The position numbers and the translations under genes were made by a program. Positions 1-9,022 of a stretch of DNA of 64,000 nt are shown here, in pieces; within the stretch, counting starts at the first letter, position 1; every line of letters begins with the position of its first letter. Origin of the DNA: Alphaproteobacteria bacterium (GTDB lineage Bacteria; Pseudomonadota; Alphaproteobacteria; Rs-D84); contig JAGBHZ010000011.1 of NCBI GenBank assembly GCA_017935245.1, positions 107,286 to 171,285 of the forward strand. Direction: 5' to 3'. Under the pieces are notes generated by a model, which saw only the letters and a list, made by a program, of their open reading frames with translations, was not told where the DNA came from and ran no database searches.

Positions 1-1
1 T

Positions 2-313
2 ATTCAACAAAAGCGCGAAGAATTATATATTCAAGCATGTCATGTGTTGATGGAACACGATAAATACTGTCGCGACCACGAATGGCCTAAAAAGTGCAAA
101 GAAATGTTCAATGAATTACAGGGCAAAATGCTGATATATGCATCAAAGAAGATTTATAAACAATATTATGCATTAGATACTGAAATTTGTTCTGTTTATG
201 CTAAAATGAAATCCAAGAAACAACGTGAAGAAATGTCAAACCAGATAGCCGACAAGGTAGAGGCGTTTGCATCAGCAATGCGTAAAGAACTGGGTATAAA
301 AGGAGTGTTATAA
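2..313 (+). CDS. Partial CDS truncated at the 5' end by the window edge. Function unknown. Its stop overlaps the hsdR start (TAATG), which suggests translational coupling. It might be the C-terminus of an HsdS-like or other R-M-associated protein.
   Basis: The frame stays open back to position 2 with no upstream stop. The ATG at 44 is the first Met, and the ORF ends at 313, exactly where the hsdR ATG begins. I recognise no motif in it. Confidence 0.4.
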   Translation: MQQKREELYIQACHVLMEHDKYCRDHEWPKKCKEMFNELQGKMLIYASKKIYKQYYALDTEICSVYAKMKSKKQREEMSNQIADKVEAFASAMRKELGIKGVL

Positions 314-3300
314 TGGCCGGCGATAACCTGAAAGAAATCAATTTAGAAGCAGCAATAGAAGCATATTTGACATCTGATATGGGTGGATATGCCAAGGGTA
401 ATCCGGATAAATTTGACCGTAAATTGGCACTGGATAAAGATACGCTGATTGAATTTGTAAAGAACACTCAACCCAAGGAATGGGAACGCTATACCCAGAC
501 GTATCCAACAAATCCCGAAGAAGTATTTATCGACAGGGTGCACACAGTTATCAAGCAAGCGCCAAAGGGGTTATTGCAAATTCTGCGCACCGGATTCAAA
601 GACAGGGGAATTGAATTCAAGCTGTGTTATTTCAAGCCAGATAACAGCATGAATGAAGCGGATGTAGAACTGTATAACAAAAACATCCTGCATTGCACAC
701 GCCAGTTGCATTATTCGGTATCCAATGAAAACAGCATTGATATTGTTTTATTCTTGAACGGCATACCGGTTGTGTCAATGGAGCTAAAAAACCAATTCAC
801 AGGCCAAGACACATCAAACGCAATCGACCAATACAAATTTGACCGAAATTCCAAAGACACAATATTCGAATTCAAGAACAGGGTGTTTGTGCACTTTGCG
901 GTTGACCTGTATGAAGCGTACATGACAACAAAACTGGATGGTGTAAAGACATTTTTCTTGCCGTTCAATCAGGGTTCAAATGGTGCGGGCAATATCGGTG
1001 GCAAGGGCAATCCAGCAAATCCCGATGGCTTTACAACGTCTTATTTGTGGGAAAAAGTGTTATGTAAAGATATGCTGATGGAAATAATTCAAAAGTATCT
1101 GCACATCCAAATCACACGGAACAAAAAGACCAAGGCAATCGAAAAAGAAACGATGATATTCCCGCGCTATCACCAGTTGGACGTTGTTACAAAATTGGTA
1201 GATGACGTAAAACAAAATGGCGCAGGAAAAAGTTATTTGATTCAGCACAGTGCGGGTAGTGGCAAATCAAACTCTATTGCGTGGTTAGCATATCACCTAG
1301 CAAGCCTACATAACGACCAGAACGAGAAGATATTCAATTCGGTTATCGTTCTGACGGACAGGCGCGTTTTGGATTCACAGCTGCAGGATACGATTACACA
1401 ATTTGACCATACAACCGGCCTTGTTGAGCCAATCAAAGACGGTTCAAAACAGCTGCGCGATGCAATCAACGAAAAGAAAGCGATTATTATTTCAACTATC
1501 CAAAAGTTCCCGATTATTTACAAGGAATTGGTATCTGAAAACAGGTCTTTTGCCATTATCGCGGACGAGGGGCACAGCAGTCAATCCGGTAAGGCCGCAG
1601 CAAGTGTTATTCAGGGTTTAGGCGATACAGAAGAAGAAACACTGAACAAATTTGCCGAACAAGAAGCACAGACCGAAGAAAAAAAAGATGAAGAAATGGA
1701 CACCTTGGAAAACACACTAAAATCCCAAGGTCAGCATGACAATTTATCTTTCTTTGCATTTACAGCCACACCCAAAGCAAAGACACTGAACCGATTTGGG
1801 ACAAGGCAGCCGGATGGGTCATACAAGGCCTTTCACGTGTACTCAATGCAGCAGGCCATAGAAGAGGGATTTATCTTGGACGTATTGCAGAACTATACGA
1901 CATACAAAACATACTACAAATTGATAAAAAAGACAGTAGATGACCCGCAACTGGAATCGGCTAAGGGTGCAAAGGAAATAACAAAATTCCAAACCCTGCA
2001 TCCAACAAATATTTCACAAAAGACAACCATTATGCTGAATCATTTTGTGAATGTTACAGCATCTAAAATCAACGGGCGCGCAAAGGCTATGGTTGTTACA
2101 CCGTCCAGATTGCACGCAGTTCGTTATCTAAAAGAATTCAAAAAGCAGATAGAAAAGAACCAAATCAAGGGTGTAGATGTTCTGGTGGCGTTTTCTGGGG
2201 AATTGAAAGATGCACACGAAACATATACAGAAACTATGCTGAATGTCGATAAGAATGGTGCACATATCAAAGAGACACAGTTGCCGGAATACTTCAAAAA
2301 CGATTTCAACATCCTGATTGTAGCGGACAAGTATCAGACAGGATTTGATGAACCGTTGCTGCATACTATGTTTGTGGATAAGAAATTGAATGACGTAAAG
2401 GCAGTGCAGACATTATCCCGACTGAACCGCACAACCAAGGGCAAGACAGATACATTTGTGTTAGACTTTGTAAATGAACGCGAAGATATCAAAAACTCAT
2501 TCCAAAAGTATTTCCAGCAGACAATTCTTGAAAAGGAAATTGACCCGAATGAATTGTATAAGCTGCAAAGCGTTATAATGGAGGCGCAAATCTGTTATCC
2601 GAATGAAATTGAGCAGTTTGCAGACATCTATTATTCAGGTAAAGAAACAGAAAAAGACCTTGGTAAATTATCATCTATTCTGAAACCGGCCTTGGATAGA
2701 TATAATGTGAAAACACCAGAAGACCAAGATAAGTTTAGAAAAGCACTTGGCAACTTTATCAAAATGTACGACTTTATTATTCAGATTGTCAGACTGATGG
2801 ATAAAGATTTACAGAAGTTCTTTGTTTACGGTAAGTTCCTGCACAAATGTCTGAGAAAAGGCAAATCAGAACGTGTGGATTTATCAAACAAACTAGTTCT
2901 GGAATACATCAAACAAACCAAACAAGAAGAGGGTTCAATCGTACTGGAAGACAAAGTCGGGAAAGCTAAACCTGTAGTAGGCGGAACAGGCAGCAGTACC
3001 AAGAAAACAGAACCCCTGTCAGCCATTATCGAAAAGTTCAACGAGCGCTTTGGAACAAGTTTTTCTGGTGAAGATAAAGTGCTGGAACAGGTTATTGATG
3101 ATATGAGCAAAGACCCGTATCTTGTCATATCAGCACAAAACAAAGATAAAACTGCTTTCAATACCCAATTTGATACAAAGTTCACCGATGTAATGATGGA
3201 CAGACATGCCAAGAATGATGAATTTTTCAAAGAGCTTCTGTCCGACAAAGATAAACTGGATTTCTTGAAAGATATGCTGGTACAGGTTGCTTATAAAAGT

Positions 3301-3315
3301 TTGGGGAATAAATAA
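313..3315 (+). CDS. hsdR: Type I restriction enzyme R subunit (HsdR family endonuclease/helicase)
   Basis: 1000 aa. The N-terminus has a PD-(D/E)xK-like nuclease motif (VDIVLF...ELKN). Helicase motif I is AGSGKSNS and motif II is IADEGHSSQSG (DEAH-box-like). The length is typical for HsdR. No hsdM or hsdS lies downstream in the window. Confidence 0.8.
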   Translation: MAGDNLKEINLEAAIEAYLTSDMGGYAKGNPDKFDRKLALDKDTLIEFVKNTQPKEWERYTQTYPTNPEEVFIDRVHTVIKQAPKGLLQILRTGFKDRGIEFKLCYFKPDNSMNEADVELYNKNILHCTRQLHYSVSNENSIDIVLFLNGIPVVSMELKNQFTGQDTSNAIDQYKFDRNSKDTIFEFKNRVFVHFAVDLYEAYMTTKLDGVKTFFLPFNQGSNGAGNIGGKGNPANPDGFTTSYLWEKVLCKDMLMEIIQKYLHIQITRNKKTKAIEKETMIFPRYHQLDVVTKLVDDVKQNGAGKSYLIQHSAGSGKSNSIAWLAYHLASLHNDQNEKIFNSVIVLTDRRVLDSQLQDTITQFDHTTGLVEPIKDGSKQLRDAINEKKAIIISTIQKFPIIYKELVSENRSFAIIADEGHSSQSGKAAASVIQGLGDTEEETLNKFAEQEAQTEEKKDEEMDTLENTLKSQGQHDNLSFFAFTATPKAKTLNRFGTRQPDGSYKAFHVYSMQQAIEEGFILDVLQNYTTYKTYYKLIKKTVDDPQLESAKGAKEITKFQTLHPTNISQKTTIMLNHFVNVTASKINGRAKAMVVTPSRLHAVRYLKEFKKQIEKNQIKGVDVLVAFSGELKDAHETYTETMLNVDKNGAHIKETQLPEYFKNDFNILIVADKYQTGFDEPLLHTMFVDKKLNDVKAVQTLSRLNRTTKGKTDTFVLDFVNEREDIKNSFQKYFQQTILEKEIDPNELYKLQSVIMEAQICYPNEIEQFADIYYSGKETEKDLGKLSSILKPALDRYNVKTPEDQDKFRKALGNFIKMYDFIIQIVRLMDKDLQKFFVYGKFLHKCLRKGKSERVDLSNKLVLEYIKQTKQEEGSIVLEDKVGKAKPVVGGTGSSTKKTEPLSAIIEKFNERFGTSFSGEDKVLEQVIDDMSKDPYLVISAQNKDKTAFNTQFDTKFTDVMMDRHAKNDEFFKELLSDKDKLDFLKDMLVQVAYKSLGNK

Positions 3316-3380
3316 ATTGTCATAGTGCGGAATTGTTGCGCCACTGAAAGTTCTAATAATCGTAACCCAAGGAACGTTCA

Positions 3381-3566
3381 ATGGCAGTAAAAAGCAACTT
3401 ACATTACAGATGGAAAGACGATAATCTAATCGTGAAACGCAATGGCGGTAAAAATTTGACATTTCCAAAAGCGTTAGGCGCATTTCATAAAGGTGGTGAG
3501 ATAATTGTTATTTCATCACTTGGCAAGAAAATCCGGATTGATAAATTTGGTCATCGGCACTGGTAA
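3381..3566 (+). CDS. Small hypothetical protein, possibly with an AbrB/MazE-like swapped-hairpin fold
   Basis: 61-aa ORF with an AAGGAA ribosome-binding site 8 nt upstream. The pattern NGGKNLTFPKALGAFHKGGEIIVISSLGKKIRIDK loosely resembles SpoVT/AbrB-type antitoxins. No toxin partner is visible, and the 3' end overlaps the convergent Rep-like gene. Confidence 0.3.
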   Translation: MAVKSNLHYRWKDDNLIVKRNGGKNLTFPKALGAFHKGGEIIVISSLGKKIRIDKFGHRHW

Positions 3567-4333
3567 AAATTGCTGATGTATCTGAGCCGCACTTTTTCAA
3601 AAAACACAGTACCCACACCGCACACACACCCCAACATTTTTATCAGGGGTGTTTTTTGATATAATCTTTTTGAAATTTCAACAACGCATTTGGCAAGATT
3701 TACAATCGGTTGTTCTGATGCACTTGTTTCTTGCTCAGATTGTTTTGACAGTCGTTTTATCGGTCTTTTGTGTCTGGTCACCCCAAGTAAAGTGCCGGCC
3801 ATTTCAAGCATGTAAATCGATGTGATTTTGTTGTTTCTGATAAATTCTTTGATGTCATAGTGATATATATTGTCATCAGGGTTTATTTGCCGACAATCAT
3901 ATTCCACCATTAGCCTTTGTGGTTCATAATTGTTTATTTTGGCAAGATGTTTGGCGAATTGTTCGTTGGCATAGTCTAAAGCACATTGTATTTCTTCATC
4001 TGTATATAAATCACCGTTGTGTTTCCTTGCATCCAATAGAATATGACAGTGATATGGGGTGTATGGGTTTTTGTGATTTTCAAAAAACACTACAAAATCA
4101 ACCATTCTTCGCTGCCAATCGTTGGTATCTTTTGTTTTTCTTTTGGTTGTTTGTTTATACTTTTTGTAAATAATTCCTTTTTCGAAATCTAGCATAAACT
4201 GCCGCAGATATCTTTTTGTTGTATCTAAATTTGAACTCTTGATGCAGAATGGTAATTGTAATGACAACGAATGTGTATACCCCTGTTGCGCCAGCCATTC
4301 TGCTATTATTTTTTCATGATTGTTATTATTCAT
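3551..4333 (-). CDS. Putative rolling-circle replication initiator (HUH endonuclease, Rep_1-like), a mobile-element-type gene
   Basis: 260 aa. The motif NPYTPYHCHILLDA matches the HUH motif II of pC194/pUB110-type Rep proteins (PHFHVLIA). A Tyr-rich segment (NIYHYDIKEF) follows roughly 50 aa later. The gene sits between hsdR and tRNA-Val, which is an island-like context. Confidence 0.45.
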   Translation of the reverse strand: MNNNNHEKIIAEWLAQQGYTHSLSLQLPFCIKSSNLDTTKRYLRQFMLDFEKGIIYKKYKQTTKRKTKDTNDWQRRMVDFVVFFENHKNPYTPYHCHILLDARKHNGDLYTDEEIQCALDYANEQFAKHLAKINNYEPQRLMVEYDCRQINPDDNIYHYDIKEFIRNNKITSIYMLEMAGTLLGVTRHKRPIKRLSKQSEQETSASEQPIVNLAKCVVEISKRLYQKTPLIKMLGCVCGVGTVFFEKVRLRYISNFYQCR

Positions 4334-4809
4334 TTGTTCTTTCCTTACTTTGCTTTTGGGTATAAAAATCTATTTGCCGGTTGGCATTGGTAACGGTAAT
4401 TTGAGACCGCAGGATGAACCACACAATACCCAAACACCGGTTTTCGCCATCGTGCGCGCACCTGTACCGTGGAACAAACGCACAATTCGAAGACATATAA
4501 ACAATCAAAACTTTGATTCTTTGCATATCTCTGGCGCACTGAAAAGGCTATGCGTGCATTGTTTTGAAACTCTCTAAAGGCCACTTTTGAGCATTTTCGG
4601 TATTTTTCTATTTACAAACCGCTTTTTTCTGCTATTATAGCCTACGCAAACAGCAAGTTCAGATTCATTGAATTTGATTTGGAGCAATTTTGGAGCATGC
4701 TTTGTAGCATCTTTGGGCATTTCATAGCAGGAAATAGCAACAAAGATACAAACGCCAAAAAAGCCCAATATATTACAAATCTGAATAAAAGCTGTTAGTG
4801 TAAAGTTTT

Positions 4810-4886
4810 GGGTGGTTAGCTCAGTTGGTTAGAGCGTTACGTTGACATCGTAAAGGTCGTTGGTTCGAGTCCAATACCACCCACCA
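4810..4886 (+). tRNA. tRNA-Val (anticodon GAC)
   Basis: Full cloverleaf: acceptor GGGTGGT/ACCACCC, D-arm GCTCAGTTGGTTAGAGC, anticodon stem TTACG/CGTAA with loop TTGACAT, T-arm GGTTCGAGTCC, and an encoded CCA. Confidence 0.93.
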
Positions 4887-4894
4887 GAATAAAT

Positions 4895-4924
4895 AAAAAA
4901 AACCGGCAAAAGCCGGTTTTTTGT
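4895..4924 (+). terminator. Rho-independent terminator downstream of tRNA-Val
   Basis: Hairpin ACCGGC-aaaa-GCCGGT followed by TTTTTTG. Confidence 0.8.
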
Positions 4925-5090
4925 TTGGTCATAAAAGGGGCATGTATTTTTATCTTTACGCGGATAATGATGCGTGTACAGCCGGACAATTGTCATTTTT
5001 TTATAAATATTGCTTTTTATAAAATATTGTCTATAATTGACATCATGCGAATGTACAATTAATCTTGAAAACAAATTCAACGGGAATCTT

Positions 5091-5118
5091 TTGACGCCCC
5101 CGTTGGCGTCGTTTTTTT
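5091..5118 (+). terminator. Hairpin plus T-tract 20-30 nt upstream of the metG start. It could be a terminator or a leader attenuator.
   Basis: GACGCC-cccgtt-GGCGTC followed by TTTTTTT. No coding gene lies upstream on the + strand, so it may end a short leader transcript or act as an attenuator for metG. Confidence 0.45.
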
Positions 5119-5136
5119 AACCAAAGGCAACAAAGT

Positions 5137-7128
5137 ATGGCAAAAAAATATTTAATTACGTCTGCATTACCGTATGTAAATAACAACCTGCATATTGGAC
5201 ATCTGGTGGGGTGCTGGTTGCCATCCGATGTTTATGCACGTTTTTGCCGCGCACGGGGGCGTGATGTATTATATGTATGTGGGGCCGATGAACATGGCAC
5301 AACCAGCGAAATCGGTGCACAAAAAGAAAATATGCCAATCGAAGATTATGTTGATAAATATCGCGCGGCACATGAACAATCGGTGCGTGATTTTAATTTG
5401 TCTTTTGATATTTATGGACGCACACACACAAAAAAACACCATGATTTAATTCAATCGTTATTCACACGCCTGGAACAGGAAAATATGATTGTGGAAAAGT
5501 CTTCTTGGCAGCCATATTCAATTAATGAAAATATGTTCTTGGCCGATCGCTTTGTTATTGGCACATGCCCAAAATGCGGATATGACGGGGCATATGGTAA
5601 CGAGTGCGGAAAATGCGGGGCAACACTGGAACCAGAACAATTAATTAATCCGCACAGTGCGGTTGATGCAACATCACCGGTGGAAATGCGGGAAACAAAA
5701 CACCTGTATTTCCGTACCAGCGCAATGCAAGACAAATTACGTACATGGATTGATTCACGCAAAGGATGGTCAAAAACCGCACTGGCAATTGCAAACAAAT
5801 GGCTGGAAGAGGGGCTGCATGACAGTCCAATCACACGTGATTTAAAGTGGGGAATTCCAGTTAATAAACCCGGATATGAAAACAAGGTTTTCTATGTTTG
5901 GTTTGATGCCCCGTGGGGATACGTTTCAATTTCCCAGGCGGCAAATGAAAACTGGGCCGAATGGTGGCATGGTGGCGATGATGTTGTATATGCACAATTT
6001 ATGGCCAAAGATAACGTTTCGTTCCATTCAATATTTTTCCCCGCCCAAGAATTAGCCATGAACGATAACTGGAAAACAGTTGATATATTAAAAGGGTTTA
6101 ATTTCTTGAACTTTAATGGCGCCAAGATTTCTAAATCAACGGGCAATGGAATTTTCCTGAACGAAGCGATTAATGACGCGCCCGCCGATTGTTGGCGTTA
6201 TGCCCTGATGGCAAGTGCGCCCGAAACCGACGACACAGATTTCACGGTTGCACGTTTTGCAGATATAGTTAACAAAGATTTAAACGGAATGCTGGGGAAC
6301 TTTGTTTCGCGCGTATGTAAATTAACCGCGAAAAACTTTGGCAACAATGTTCCAAATGCGGGTGCGATGGATTCAGGTTTAGAATCACAGATTAATGAAA
6401 AATTGAACGAATTAACATCTGCACTGGACGCATGTGAATTCCGTGCGGCAATTACGGCGTTGCGTGGTCTGTATGCAATTGGAAATGAATACATGACCAA
6501 AATGGAACCGTGGGCACTGGTTAAAAATGGTGATATGGATGCGGCCGGGGCGGTGTTAAATACATGCATGCAATTAATTGATTTATATGCGCGTGTGTCG
6601 GCGCCTTTTATCCCAACGGCGGCAGAAAAAATGCAAAACGTATTTACAACAATCCATGATTTATCTTGGCCAGAAAAATTTGAACGCCGCGTGGCAGACG
6701 GTGCGGAATTTGTGGTGCCGGAAAACATGTTCAATCGTATTGATGAAGAGACGGTTGCACATTTAACCGAAAAATACGCACCCAAAAAGGAAGACAACAC
6801 ACCAAAACCGGTTGTTGCAAAAATCATATCGGTTGAAAATCATCCAACACGTGATGATTTGCATATTTTATCGGTTGATTGTGGTGCAACCAAACCCGTT
6901 CAAATTGTTTGTGCGGCACCAAATGTACGCATTGGATTAACAAGTGTTTTGGCGCCGGTTGGTTGTTTATTGCCGGGTGCAAAAAAACCAATCACACAAA
7001 GAACAGTTGCAAACACTGAATCATATGGTATGATGTGCGGCACCGCAGAATTAGGTATCGGCACAGACGATAAAAACATTATCGAATTGGGCGATGACGC
7101 AATTGTCGGTTCTGAATTTATTAAATAG
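5137..7128 (+). CDS. metG: Methionyl-tRNA synthetase with a C-terminal EMAP/tRNA-binding domain
   Basis: HIGH motif (NNNLHIGHLVG), KMSKS motif (KISKS), zinc knuckle CPKCG...CGKCG, and a C-terminal OB-fold tRNA-binding domain. 663 aa. Confidence 0.95.
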   Translation: MAKKYLITSALPYVNNNLHIGHLVGCWLPSDVYARFCRARGRDVLYVCGADEHGTTSEIGAQKENMPIEDYVDKYRAAHEQSVRDFNLSFDIYGRTHTKKHHDLIQSLFTRLEQENMIVEKSSWQPYSINENMFLADRFVIGTCPKCGYDGAYGNECGKCGATLEPEQLINPHSAVDATSPVEMRETKHLYFRTSAMQDKLRTWIDSRKGWSKTALAIANKWLEEGLHDSPITRDLKWGIPVNKPGYENKVFYVWFDAPWGYVSISQAANENWAEWWHGGDDVVYAQFMAKDNVSFHSIFFPAQELAMNDNWKTVDILKGFNFLNFNGAKISKSTGNGIFLNEAINDAPADCWRYALMASAPETDDTDFTVARFADIVNKDLNGMLGNFVSRVCKLTAKNFGNNVPNAGAMDSGLESQINEKLNELTSALDACEFRAAITALRGLYAIGNEYMTKMEPWALVKNGDMDAAGAVLNTCMQLIDLYARVSAPFIPTAAEKMQNVFTTIHDLSWPEKFERRVADGAEFVVPENMFNRIDEETVAHLTEKYAPKKEDNTPKPVVAKIISVENHPTRDDLHILSVDCGATKPVQIVCAAPNVRIGLTSVLAPVGCLLPGAKKPITQRTVANTESYGMMCGTAELGIGTDDKNIIELGDDAIVGSEFIK

Positions 7129-7144
7129 TGAAAGGAAGTAAAGT

Positions 7145-7465
7145 ATGAGTGATAAAAAATTAAGTGTATATATTAAAACAACACCTTCGTCGATGGGATT
7201 TTTACAGAAACTGGATGTTAATTGCGGGTTCTGTACGTACTGTATCGAAGAAGACCACCCGTTGTGTTTTCATGGGGGCTGTGCGGTTGTTGAATATATC
7301 ACAGACAGAATCGGCAAAGAAAATATTACACACGATGTGAACAACAAACAAAATCCGTCGGTTTCTATTATCGCAAAAAATATAGATTCACTGGGGCGCG
7401 CATACAAAACCGCAACCAAGGCCATTGAATACTGTACCGGTAAAAGTGATACAAAAACAAAATAA
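7145..7465 (+). CDS. Small Cys-rich hypothetical protein (CxxCxxC-x7-C-x4-C), squeezed between metG and queH
   Basis: 106-aa ORF starting 17 nt after the metG stop. Its own TAA stop is immediately followed by the queH ATG. Motif: CGFCTYCIEEDHPLCFHGGC. Confidence 0.55.
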   Translation: MSDKKLSVYIKTTPSSMGFLQKLDVNCGFCTYCIEEDHPLCFHGGCAVVEYITDRIGKENITHDVNNKQNPSVSIIAKNIDSLGRAYKTATKAIEYCTGKSDTKTK

Positions 7466-8011
7466 ATGAATAACGATAAATTGCGTGTTGTTTTATTGTC
7501 TTGCTGTGCGCCGTGTAGTGCGGGCGCAATCAAACAATTAAAAGACGGCGCAATTGAAAACGTTGATGATTTTATCGTTCTGTTTTTTAATCCAAATATT
7601 TTCCCAGAATCCGAATATACAAAACGCATGGCCGAACAAATAAAATACTGTGAATCCATTGGTGCGAAGTATGCCGTTCTGGAATACGATCATGACGGGT
7701 GGCGCGCGGCCGTGCGTGGATTCGAAGATGTGCCCGAACGTGGCGCACGGTGTTCATTGTGCTTTGAATATCGTTTCCGTCGCGCGGTGCGTTTTGCACG
7801 CGAAAATGGATACAATGCAATTGCAAGTGTGTTGGGTGTTTCACGACATAAAGACCAGTCCCAGGTTGACCGTGCGGCCCAAGGCGCATGTGATACCATT
7901 GAATATTTACCCATCAAATGGGATGAAAATCTGCGCATGCAAATAAATCGCAATTCTGATTTTTATCGCCAAAATTATTGCGGGTGTGAATTTAGTATCA
8001 GAAAGATTTAA
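7466..8011 (+). CDS. queH: Epoxyqueuosine reductase QueH (DUF208 family)
   Basis: N-terminal LLSCCAPCS signature and a conserved C-terminal CGCEFS. 181 aa. Confidence 0.8.
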   Translation: MNNDKLRVVLLSCCAPCSAGAIKQLKDGAIENVDDFIVLFFNPNIFPESEYTKRMAEQIKYCESIGAKYAVLEYDHDGWRAAVRGFEDVPERGARCSLCFEYRFRRAVRFARENGYNAIASVLGVSRHKDQSQVDRAAQGACDTIEYLPIKWDENLRMQINRNSDFYRQNYCGCEFSIRKI

Positions 8012-8039
8012 CATACCACTACCCCGTCGCGTTCGCGCC

Positions 8040-8067
8040 ACCCCTTTGCCAGCGAAAGGGGTTTTTA
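8040..8067 (+). terminator. Rho-independent terminator after queH
   Basis: CCCCTTT-gccagcg-AAAGGGG followed by TTTTT. Confidence 0.75.
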
Positions 8068-8144
8068 GTCAATAAATCATTATATTTGCGCTTAGCAAAA
8101 ATCCAGTCTATAATAGGTTTAATAAACATAAAAAAAGGCACATT

Positions 8145-9020
8145 ATGTCATCAATATTTGTTTTCCCCGGACAGGGCGCACAAAGCGTTGGTATGGGAAA
8201 GGAACTTTATGAAACAAATGCAGATGCACGGGCTGTGTTCGATGAAGTTGACACCGCATTGGGTGAAAAATTATCGGATATTATTTTTAATGGTCCGGTG
8301 GAAACACTGACATTAACGGCAAATGTTCAACCGGCAATTATGGCCACGTCCATTGCAATGTTGCGTGCGGCGCGCGCCAAATTACCAGAATATGTCGCGG
8401 GCCACAGTTTGGGCGAATATACCGCCCTGTGTGCGGCGGGCGCATTATCCGTTGGGGATGCGGCAAAATTGTTGCGCGTACGCGGAAACGCAATGCAAAG
8501 CGCGGTGCCGGTGGGCGCAGGGCTGACCGCGGTGATACTGGGGCTGGATATTGATGCGGTGCGCGAAATTTGCAAACAAACAGACTGTGATGTGGCAAAT
8601 GACAACAGTCCAGGCCAGGTTGTTATTTCCGGCATGCGTGATGTGGTTGAACACACAATGCAAATCGCCAAGGAACGCGGTGCAAAACGTGCAATGCCGT
8701 TGGCATTGTCTGTGCCGGTTCATTGTCGTGTGCAAACACCGGCCGCCGACGCAATGCGCGTGGCCTTGGATTTGGTTGAATTACAAAAACCAATCGTACC
8801 AATTATTTTGAATAAAACATGTGAACCAACAACCGATGTTGACGAAATCAAAGAAGCATTGGTGTATCAAATGACACACGGTGTACGTTGGCGCGAAAGT
8901 GTCTTGAACATGGGAAACATGGGCATCACAGAACAAATTGAGGTCGGACCAGGAAATGTTTTAACAGGACTGTGTTCGCGCATAACAGATAAAATAACCG
9001 CAAAGAAGTTGGAGATATAA
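8145..9020 (+). CDS. fabD: Malonyl-CoA:ACP transacylase
   Basis: FPGQGAQSVGMG and the GHSLGEY active-site serine motif. 291 aa. Confidence 0.95.
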   Translation: MSSIFVFPGQGAQSVGMGKELYETNADARAVFDEVDTALGEKLSDIIFNGPVETLTLTANVQPAIMATSIAMLRAARAKLPEYVAGHSLGEYTALCAAGALSVGDAAKLLRVRGNAMQSAVPVGAGLTAVILGLDIDAVREICKQTDCDVANDNSPGQVVISGMRDVVEHTMQIAKERGAKRAMPLALSVPVHCRVQTPAADAMRVALDLVELQKPIVPIILNKTCEPTTDVDEIKEALVYQMTHGVRWRESVLNMGNMGITEQIEVGPGNVLTGLCSRITDKITAKKLEI

Positions 9021-9022
9021 TT

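Noticed and set aside
2826-3483. Minus-strand ORFs of 140 and 117 aa
   Set aside because: They are antisense within the hsdR coding region and are shadow ORFs.
6198-6827. 209-aa minus-strand ORF
   Set aside because: It is antisense within metG, has low-complexity composition and no motifs. It is a shadow ORF.
8327-8811. Several 86-114-aa ORFs on both strands
   Set aside because: They lie within the relatively GC-rich fabD coding region. They are Arg/Pro/Ala-rich shadow frames.
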